From positions 1 to 47,188 of the forward strand of contig JABANN010000253.1 in assembly GCA_013115125.1 (NCBI GenBank): a DNA stretch of 47,188 nt, in the 5' to 3' direction. Positions 1 through 9,113 of the stretch are shown here, one piece after another. The DNA is from Perkinsus olseni (Eukaryota). Made by a program: the position numbers and the translations under genes. Below the pieces are notes generated by a model that saw only the letters and a list, made by a program, of their open reading frames with translations, was not told the DNA's origin and ran no database searches. The first letter of the stretch is position 1. Every line of letters starts with the position of its first letter.

Positions 1-103
1 ATCTAGCTCAGCGTAACACAATCAAATGGAGACAGTATCCGTAGACAGGATCGCACAATTGGAGACATAACAATACTATAGACCATTCCACACTAGCTTG
101 CTC

Positions 104-415
104 TTATTCATGGCAACAGTCACAGAAGGTCCCGCCGCATCCGGCCAAGAAAGGCCAGCAAGCGGGAGCGAAGACATCGAACAGGCAAGCGAGGCACGCA
201 TAGCACAAGGCACTCTTGTCGAGCTGGCCGCCCTCTAAGCCGACCGTGTCACTGGCGGTGGTGGTATTACCAATCTCGTAGGAATGACCACCCAAGAGTT
301 CCAGCAGAATGTGGTAGTCGAGCATATCCGTACCGTTAGCTACGGGCCGATCGTACGGGGCACCAACCGCTCCACCAATGATGAACAGAATCGTCACGAA
401 GAATGAGGGCTTCAT
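104..415 (-). CDS. Secreted Cys-rich prepro-peptide, paralog 1 (103 aa, intact, intronless)
   Basis: ATG at 415 gives MKPSFFVTILFIIGGAVGAP (signal-like), a pro-region, then CYACLACLFDVFAPACWPFLAGCGGTFCDCCHE*. Homologous to five other copies in the window. Confidence 0.85.
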   Translation of the reverse strand: MKPSFFVTILFIIGGAVGAPYDRPVANGTDMLDYHILLELLGGHSYEIGNTTTASDTVGLEGGQLDKSALCYACLACLFDVFAPACWPFLAGCGGTFCDCCHE

Positions 416-464
416 GTCTCTACAGTGAGCGTGGGTTGATGGCTGTCTTGAGGCTTCTGGCCAA

Positions 465-486
465 GACGAGTAACTCGTCACGAGTT
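465..486. other. 7-8-7 excision-footprint-like scar (8-mer GACGAGTT), representative of at least 10 in the window
   Basis: gacgagt+aactcgtc+acgagtt. Same structure starts at 624, 2712, 2881, 3744, 4353, 6223, 13893, 45294 and 45823. Confidence 0.8.
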
Positions 487-944
487 CATCTTAAGCTTAG
501 CGGGCTACACGAACAACGTGACGCCGTGAAGCTACGCGGAGCAGAGGAGCCCGTGCCACGATTCACGAGTCGGACAAACCGAGGGCGTCGCAGCCGCCTC
601 GAGGACGTCTTGCGGAGCGGAAACGACTAGACTAGTCGGACTAGTAGATATCAGGGACTCACTCATTACGATTGAACGATCCGCTAGTAAGATCACGCCC
701 ACCCGCCTCGTGTGGACAGTGCACAGTGGACTACCTGCACGCACACGAGAGGCTGTCTCTAAGAGACAGTCCTTTCCGGTGCTCGACAGGCTGCCGACGA
801 CAGCCTATGACTGTGCATCGCCTGTTCGATCCCCTGCTCCTCCCTTGTACTGTATGTGACAATACGATACTCGCTCGCCTTCGGCACGCCCAGGATGGGG
901 GATGCGCTCGATAACGTTCATTCCATCAAACGTTGTTATTCACC

Positions 945-2381
945 ATGATGTCGGTGTCCCCTGTCGCGCGAGCGCTCGTTCTCTCCCTCGTCATTCAACA
1001 AGTTGGATCGGCCGCCATGCGCCCTCGGCGTCCCCTAGCACCCGCATATTACATCAGTAGCGAGGACGTGAACTTCCTTGGGAAATCGATACGTGTGAAG
1101 GTTCGCGTCAGAGCCCTTGACCCGACAGACGATAATAGAGCGTTGATGCGTGTCACCATAGGGGGAGACGGACGCGTTATCGAGATGCCTCGTTATGCAG
1201 AAATCAAGCGGTACAATGCACTGAATACAGATCGATTCTTCATACCTGGTGAGATTGGAGGCTCAAATAACGTGTTCCAGAGACAGTGCTTCACAGTAGA
1301 GCGCAACAACTGGTCGAAGGAGTACTTCGAGGAGGTGGCTCGGGGACTAGGAATCCCTCCCGCGGCTTGGGTTAGGCCTGGCTTCCGTCTCTGTCCCTTC
1401 GGGGACTTCTGGGTTATCTCCCTTGGTCGTGCGGGCGCATATAATCTTACATATCCTGTGAAGTTGAACGAGTACGCTGTGGTCAACCGCCGAGCTGGTT
1501 TCTACCGCAACAGTGATGACTTAACGGTAAGAACAACACAGTCGAGAGATACTAGCGAATATGGCTCCACCTTGAAGGTATCCCAGGTGACGATGCAGGC
1601 TATTCCATCACACATGCCGTCAGAGTCTGCCACGCCAACCAGGACTTGGGCCGCGCCAAGTTACTCAGATGACAGCCCGGACAAGACCGCCCCAGAGATA
1701 GCAACCACATTGCCAATCATTTCGGAAGCTCGTCAGGTTATTGAGACGTCTACGATGCTTCCTGCGGTAGGGTCGTACGTGAACATAGAAGCAACTGAAC
1801 ACCTCAACACGGTCTCTCTGGAATTGTCTGGTGAAGGTCAGAAATCTCTAGTCGCCTCTCTACTCATCTCTTGCATCACGGCCCGATGTTTACAGAGCAC
1901 ACTCCCAAAAGATAACTCGATGTACTTCCATCTAATTCCCTCCAAGGAAGGGAATGGTGATGCGCTGGTATTTGCTCCTCCTCCGCTAGCTTTGCTACCT
2001 TTCAATGATTGTTTGTTTGTCGACGCCACTGACAGACACGACCACAATAAGATCGCCGAGGCTTTCACTGATGCAGGAGATACGTTTGAGATCAGCAACT
2101 TCATGCCAGCGACTATTTTCGTGTGCTGGTCGCAGGACAGGGCCGCTTGGGATCTATGGCTCGGCACGAAGATAGACCGGTTAGGTGCGGTATCGCCCGC
2201 TCGAGTCGTTCCATTAGCATACACTGACGGAGTACCAACCATCAATTCCTCAGTTACACCGGAACAACTACTTGGTGAAAACAGTCAAAATGCACCAAGT
2301 GAGGAGGCCTATCGTGGTAGAAGGAAGCGACGGAGATCGTCTACGTCTGGGGTGGAAAGAGTGGAGAATCTCCTCAAGTGA
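945..2381 (+). CDS. Hypothetical secreted protein (~478 aa) with Ser/Thr-rich linker and C-terminal basic cluster
   Basis: Long uninterrupted ORF; first ATG at 945; N-terminus MMSVSPVARALVLSLVIQQVGSA is signal-like; C-terminal RGRRKRRRSS. Confidence 0.75.
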   Translation: MMSVSPVARALVLSLVIQQVGSAAMRPRRPLAPAYYISSEDVNFLGKSIRVKVRVRALDPTDDNRALMRVTIGGDGRVIEMPRYAEIKRYNALNTDRFFIPGEIGGSNNVFQRQCFTVERNNWSKEYFEEVARGLGIPPAAWVRPGFRLCPFGDFWVISLGRAGAYNLTYPVKLNEYAVVNRRAGFYRNSDDLTVRTTQSRDTSEYGSTLKVSQVTMQAIPSHMPSESATPTRTWAAPSYSDDSPDKTAPEIATTLPIISEARQVIETSTMLPAVGSYVNIEATEHLNTVSLELSGEGQKSLVASLLISCITARCLQSTLPKDNSMYFHLIPSKEGNGDALVFAPPPLALLPFNDCLFVDATDRHDHNKIAEAFTDAGDTFEISNFMPATIFVCWSQDRAAWDLWLGTKIDRLGAVSPARVVPLAYTDGVPTINSSVTPEQLLGENSQNAPSEEAYRGRRKRRRSSTSGVERVENLLK

Positions 2382-2951
2382 AATAGCGGAGTGCACGTGG
2401 ACGATCCTTAATGCAAGTGCGACTGAGCGAAAGCGGATCGGTACCAATCCTCCGTCGGCAACTTGTATTGATGAAAACATTCTATTGTTTTGCCCTCAGT
2501 TGTTGATGTCACAAGAGAAAATTTGCTTTGCGTTTGTGAATCCATGGCGTTGGTCGTCAAGACGCTTCCGTGCGTGTTCGCGCGAGAGCCGGTCGCACGT
2601 TTCAAAACTCAACTGAAGCTTCGTTGAGCATTGGGGACTGTATCTCTCTGTCACATGCTCAGTCAAAATGGGTCGCAGAGATGGCGTAGGATATGTACTT
2701 CCCAGCTCTGTCTCTCCGTCGGAGAGTCTCCGAGAACACGGCACAATTCAGACCCTCTAGTCGATGTGATTCTAGCGAATAACGAGTGAGACGATGTTTA
2801 CTCGTATGAAACACTGGAAGCCGATAAATGATTTAACAAAATAAATGTATCATGAAGGAAATATGAATAAATGATGACGAGTAGCCGGCGGCTACTAGCC
2901 GCTATGTTAGTTACGATGTTATTCGAGAACTAAGTCGGCACTAACTGAGCT

Positions 2952-3260
2952 CTAGTCGTAGCAACAGTTACATCAAAGGCCACACGTATCGAAGGCGGAC
3001 CAACAGAAGGGATTCAAGGCTTCCGCGAGGCAGGCGAGGCATGCAATACACGAGGGAGTGTCCCCGACCTGACCGCCCGCCGGTCTATCCATATCGCTGA
3101 CAATGATGGTATCATTAACGTCGTAGGGATGACCGCCCAAGGGATTCTGCTGCATGGGAGAGCCGAGCTTGTTCTCATCGTTGGACACGCTGTCACCGCA
3201 CGGGGCACCAACCGCTACACCAGTAATGAACGGAATCGTCACAATGAACGATATCTTCAT
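2952..3260 (-). pseudogene. Cys-rich prepro-peptide paralog 2 with in-frame TGA
   Basis: MKISFIVTIPFITGVAVGAP...CIACLACLAEALNPFCWSAFDTCGL*CNCCYD*. TGA at 2973-2975 sits where paralogs have W/F, and the frame continues with CxCC to TAG at 2952. Confidence 0.75.
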
Positions 3261-4267
3261 GTCTTTACGATGGAGTCGAGAATGTAGGCTGCCTGAAGAC
3301 CTCTGGGCAAGTGGAGAGTTGGCCTTTAGCTTTCCCGGCTGGATAACTTATTTGATATTCATGACGTGACGCGGCGGCCCTGACCCCGTTAGGCTATGCC
3401 GAGTGTAAGAGCCCGTTCCATAACTCACGAGCTGCTGCCTTGGGGCCGTCTTGCGGAGCAGAAACGGCGGGCGGGGGTCACGAACTTATGCCTTGAAGAC
3501 ACAGCAAAAATGAAGGCTGAACGAGATACATCCATTATGTGCCTTGCGTTCACCTTGTGCACGCACGCGAGAAGCTGTCCCATCGATGCTCGACAATCTA
3601 TGACTGTGCATGGCAATCCCCTGCTAATTTTATGTTGTGTACGCCACAGTAAATGACGGCTCACCTTCGGCACGCTTCACCATGATGCCGGTGTTCGCAT
3701 CATTACAATTCGTCTGATTCGCCACGATTCGGGTGTGCGGTGGACTCTCGTCGAGAGTCTCTCGAACAGAGCTCGGTCACTGCGTGGCTTCTAACTAACG
3801 CAAAGCGAACCCTATCTAGTGACATCCACAGCTGATGGCTTCAGCAGCAATGGGACGTGCAGAAGACGCCGATGCCGTCTGGCGCCCGAGGAAACTTGTT
3901 GAATGATGGCGCAGAGAACGAGCCCCAGTGCGCCAGGTCTCCTGTCGCGCCGCGCGAACCGCGCAAAGCGCAAGACGCTATGCGGCGGATATTATGCGCC
4001 AATAATTTACTTACTCCACAACCTGCTGTCTCCTCTCAGAGCGGGAGCAAATTCCTCTACTTCGGAATTTCACTCTCGTTGATCAGCCGTAATCGTTCAC
4101 TGTCAGGATATGTTGCTCGTTGGGTTGTCTGTCGCGTTCAACTCAAGGCGGTCATCACTAATAACTCATTAGTCGCCAGAAGTCAAAAACAAGTTCGAAA
4201 ATAGAAGCATAATCACGACTGAGTGGATGATTTCGTGTAGCGAGTGCGAATCATAGACGACTCCATA

Positions 4268-4599
4268 CTAACTGGGTTCACAACAGTCACAGAATACACC
4301 TCCGCATATAGCAAGGACAGGCCAACAAGGTGGGAACGCGATGTCGAAGGTGCAAATGACTCATTTGAAATGAGGCATTCGGTGCATTGATAAGAGGCAC
4401 CGTCCTCAGGCTGCTGTTGGGATCCAACCATATCACTGGTCCAGAATCGGCGAATCAGCTGATAGGCGTTCCCGGTTATGACTGGCTGCACGACATGAGC
4501 CTTCGACCCGCCTCCGTGAATCGATCCCGCCTCGGGATCTGGAGCAGCGGCGATTACACCAATGATGCACGGGACCATCACAATGAACAGTGCTTCCAT
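4268..4599 (-). pseudogene. Cys-rich prepro-peptide paralog 3, frameshifted by a 14-nt insertion
   Basis: MEALFIVMVPCIIGVIAAAP...CTECLI; removing 4360-4373 restores CTFDIAFPPCWPVLAICGGVFCDCCEPS* (105 aa). The paralog at ~15625 lacks the insertion. Confidence 0.85.
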
Positions 4600-5583
4600 G
4601 TCTTGCCAGAGGGGGCGAGCTCGATGACTGTCTCGAGGCTTCCAGCAGAAGCTGAAGTTGTTCGCTGGTAGTACTGGAAATGCTAGGCAAGTGGCTAGTA
4701 GGCCGGTGACGTCGAAGTAAATGCTACGCTAGCTATGAGGAGCAAGTGTCCCAATTTACATTTGGATCGGCTATGGGAAAAATAACTGGTTCCTCACACC
4801 GTTGCAGAAAGAGCTACCAGAAACATCCACATCGCATTCAAGAGCGAAGTGAATGACGCTACAGCAGAGCATCTTCTTGGGAGCGTCGCCGGCGTTCATT
4901 CCTTGCTCGAGTGCGTGCAGTGCACTCTTGTCAACGATTTCAGACCGCGAGGCAGCGTAACTGTATTGAGCAGACTAGCATGTCGTGCGGGCTCCTCAGG
5001 GAGTGTCCCTCGTCCGTGGAGAGAAATCAGAAATGTTTCTGACCGAGAATATCGAATAGACTATTCGATATTGCAGACTATCGGATTCTATAGGGATAGA
5101 ATTCTGAATCACAGACTACGGATATTGCCCGGACAGCGGATTCTATCCTGCTGCTCCAACGGAGAACTCTTGCATGCACTATTCGGAATAGTGCATGCAA
5201 AAGCCTGCAGCAGCAGCAGTGCTGCTTGCATCTGCGCTGGGGTGAGATTTCTCTACCGTCCTCTAAGAGCCAGCTGTTCAGAACGAGAGTTCACAGTGTT
5301 CCTGGTTAGAATTCAAGCGCTACCATCCTCACATTATGGCCCATCGAGCAACAAATGCTGTGCACTACCCCAAGGCCTTCACGGCGGCTATTGACGACTC
5401 TCTACTAGCTCAATCTGTTCTGTGTTAGTCGAGAGCAGACCGAAGTTTGCTTACATCAAAGGCAAGAAGTTGTAATCATCGTCTTAGTTATTCGCAAGTC
5501 ATAATGAATAAGAATGTACATGTCGGAAAAACAAATAAATCGAGACAGCGGGGAGAATGACTGTATGTTCGGACGAGTAAGAT

Positions 5584-5916
5584 TTAATTCGACAACACAG
5601 TCGCCTGCATATCAAGTGGACGGCAGCAATCACACCAAATACCACCGCATATGGCAAGGGGAGCCCAACAAGGGGGCGCGAGGACATCACCGAGGCAATA
5701 GATACAAGCGAGGCATAAGGCACTCACCCCTAGCTGGCCAGTCTCCGTTTCCCGCGTATCATTGATAGAGGTGACATTATTGAACGGAGAGCGGTGACCG
5801 TCACGGTACACGTGATAATCGAACTTCTTCGTACTGTCAGCTGTCGTGTCACTATACGGGGCACCAACCGCCGCGCCCATGATGAACAGAATTGTCGCGA
5901 CGAACGATGGCTTCAT
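5584..5916 (-). CDS. Secreted Cys-rich prepro-peptide, paralog 4 (110 aa, intact)
   Basis: MKPSFVATILFIMGAAVGAP...CLACIYCLGDVLAPPCWAPLAICGGIWCDCCRPLDMQATVLSN*. Confidence 0.85.
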   Translation of the reverse strand: MKPSFVATILFIMGAAVGAPYSDTTADSTKKFDYHVYRDGHRSPFNNVTSINDTRETETGQLGVSALCLACIYCLGDVLAPPCWAPLAICGGIWCDCCRPLDMQATVLSN

Positions 5917-7399
5917 TTCTCCACAATCGGGTCGATGACTGCTTGAAGATTTCTGGTCGAGGCTGGTTGGCTGCTAGCTGTAGCTCCACTGAGCTAAACA
6001 GATACTGGGACGCTAGCGAAATTCGCGAAATTCGCTAGGCTAGCTGGACAGAGCTTCTGCTCCGATACGGCGATCGAACACACGGTCGTCGGCTGCCTCG
6101 TGATCGCCTACATTGACAAAGAACTGGTTTGAATCACGTCCTACAGGACACGCGGAGTAAACAATATCTGCTGCAGTTATCTCTCAGCGGCTTTCTCTAT
6201 TTGCACGCACGTGAGCTGCTGTCTCCCTACTAGGGAGTCCCTAGGCCCACGTGCACTATAGTGACAACATATGCACTATAGTGACAACATGGTGACGCCT
6301 ATCGTGTACGCTATGTTACAGTTACAGCCTGGTTCAGTACCACTCAGCTCGTAGTTTACTGCTACTGCGTACCATTAGTATCAGATAACCATCAGATCTT
6401 ATTCTGCGCTTTGCACTAGCGTCCATGAGTATACGTGCTACACTAAGATTAGCGTAGTAATCTGTAGTGCACATTATCATTAAGCTTCTCTCCAGGCCAA
6501 TCTCACCACTCTTTGAGCCCCGTCTCAAATAGCCACACTGTACTGAGTTATAGTGCACACGAGCGACGTGCTGCACATGTGCACATCATGTACACAGATT
6601 GAATATGCAAGCCTTGCACATGAAGTCTCGTATGCAACTCTTTCAAGCTCTTTCACTTTCAGGCTTTGTTTTGATCCACTTAAGACGGTTATCGGACGGC
6701 TGTTGTGCGTATCTTCATCACTACGTGGTCATTGCATAAGTCGCCGGCATCCACCCGTGTAGCGCTCCGATCAAGAAGGGATCACTTCTGTACCATCCGA
6801 TCAGCACAGGTGCGAAACTGCGCCGAGTCCTCACTTTCATCGCCGATTCTCGAATTGATCGGGGCGGTATAGTGCAAAATTGCACTGCAAATGCCGTCAG
6901 CGGTAGATGTAGCTTGTGATGGGACCGCTCAGGTATTGCGAGGCCGCAAGGCGCGAGGAATCTCACCGCCTCAAGAGGCCTAGAGGGGCAAACCTGCTTA
7001 GCGCAGGAGAGTCATTTATCGCACACCTCGGACGCTCACCAGTCCTCAAAAAAGGGGTGTACAGCACACCCCTTTTTTTGAGGGCTGAACACCGTGTACA
7101 CCGTGTACTGTTTTCATAGCGCAATTGCACAGAAGAAGTGATTTGCATGACGTGTGTGATGGGAATTTGGAAGTTTAGCTCGACCTCGGATCGACAATAA
7201 CGTTGCATGGCAGGAGCACCTCCTCTCTGGCTGTTCGATCCAAGACACGGCTGTGCCGACCTGTCCCACGGTATCTTAGCGCATACCTTAACGCTACTGT
7301 TGCCTGTACGTTATGATTCAATGAATCTCAATCAATCCGATTGGGTCTCCGTTATACTCAATCGGGTCGGTCCACGGCTCTCTCCTCTCAATGCTGAGT

Positions 7400-8340
7400 G
7401 AGTACCCGGCACGTAGACAGGGATTTTCTGTGTGCTTTTACTGGCTCCATCAAACTTGGCAACCCGTCATCAAATACTTCTCTCCAGAACCCCTCACTAC
7501 GTACCCTATGCGAGAGCCCAACCAACTCATGCTGCGTTCTACTACTACACTGCCCACAAGGACAAAGTGCGAGGATGCCATTCCACTGAAGGAACACAAA
7601 ATGCTATTTCGATCGGCATGAAGGACATCAAAGAACATTGGAGTGCTCCTCATTCATGGCTTTTCTTTCTCCATGGCTGAGGAGAACACACTAAAAATAT
7701 CAAATTACTTCGCGGAACGCCGAAGTGTCAGATCAGATTCCAGTGGCTTCGACCACCACTGTCGCCCTATACGGCAACTCAGAGTGGATGGAAAGCGTGT
7801 GAACCGCACGACTTGCAGCCATCGTGAAGAAGCCTTCCCCAGCTCACTAAAAATGGGTTTCTGGGCGTAAGGATTCGATCCCAGTGTGGCTTCGTATTCG
7901 TGAGCGAACCTGCCATAGATTACCCCCCTCAACGAAGCCAGTGGAGCACCCACCGAACTAGATCGCACGAAGCCCTCGGTTTGTTCCACTTCTTCGGAGC
8001 ATCCTCGGATATCCGCGGCCCGCCTCTATAATTTATACAGAGGCCGATGATCTGATCACCCGCAGCCTTACGCTGCCGCTTCTTCAAGCCACTCACCTCA
8101 GAGGACTTCTCGCCCAGCTCTGTGGGAACTCCCTTGCAGTCTAATCGCCGTACCTGAGGAACGAAGCGGGTAGTGTCACCAGGCGAGTAGGACGCGAGCA
8201 GTATTCACCTGACCGACTGCCGCTTTCAAAGCGGTGTACACGGTGTACACCAAAGCGGCGCTTTGGTGTTTTGATCCATTCGAACAAGCCTTTTGACTGC
8301 GTCCTTCACTGACGGCCAAGAGCGTGACTCGGTCTCGGTA
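7400..8340 (-). pseudogene. Degenerate multi-exon gene of unknown function (copy A)
   Basis: Exon RFAHEYEATLGSNPYAQKPIFSELGKASSRWLQ differs from copy B mostly at synonymous third positions (TAC/TAT, GAA/GAG, GCC/GCA, CTG/CTC, CCT/CCC, CAG/CAA); neighbouring exons contain stops. Confidence 0.5.
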
Positions 8341-9113
8341 ATCTGAATTTAGCAGAATATGAAGCCTCGCGATTCTATCAGTCTCCCCCTGTAACTAAAC
8401 CCCAATACATGCTTCTCGCCCAGAATGCTATACAGTCAAGCCAGACCTATGAACGCTCCGGCGAAGCCTCGAGCGTGATAATTACTTCCAGTGCACCCTC
8501 ATCCCTGCCCAGCCACGAGGAACGAATTCGAAGTCTCTGCTTACATCGTTGATGATACAATTTTGTTCCACCGGAGTGGCACTTTTCGGCACATACATAG
8601 TCTGCGGCATGATGGACGATAACAGAGGACAGGCGGCTGGAAGAACATTTAATGCTGAGGTGAGTGCGAAAACGTGAGGTGAGTGCGTAGCGATGAGGTC
8701 TAGCTGGTGAAATGAGGTACGGGCGGTAGTGCAAGGTGTCCCCTGAATAATGTATGTCAGATGAGTATTCCGAGGTCGTTACCCTCTATTCTGAGGTGGT
8801 GTTTTCCCCCTGAGTCAAAGTCTCCGAAGAGTGCCGAAATGCCATCATAGTCGATATGATGTCGCCCTATGATCATCATAGGGCGATCATAGTCCCGTCA
8901 ATTCAACTGAGAGAACTGAGCGAAACTCACCATTGTTGAAACCGAGAAACGACATGAGCCCACCGCTCTATCAGTTGATAGTATCAACTAATAGTTGACA
9001 ACTATGCTTATGTGATAATGTAGTCAATTGAGATTAAGTTACAGCGCGATACTCAGGCGCGTACTACATTACTAATGCACTCCGTATTTCACACAGTGAG
9101 AAACGGCACTGAT

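Larger units (their letters stand above)
3985..8770. repeat. Segmental duplication copy A (paired with ~15265-18980, same orientation)
   Basis: Collinear similar blocks, e.g. 4030-4200 vs 15320-15480, 5580-6230 vs 16165-16815 and 7940-8350 vs 18060-18430. About 4750-5570 is absent from copy B. Boundaries approximate. Confidence 0.85.

Noticed and set aside
104-210. Peptide core as 4Fe-4S ferredoxin (CxxCxxC) or hydrophobin
   Set aside because: The fourth Cys is 8 residues away rather than CxxxCP and there is a signal peptide; hydrophobins have two CC doublets (C-CC-C-C-CC-C), which this framework lacks.
7041-7088. Rho-independent terminator or stand-alone MITE
   Set aside because: The locus is eukaryotic, and comparison with copy B shows one arm is a local inverted duplication of pre-existing sequence.
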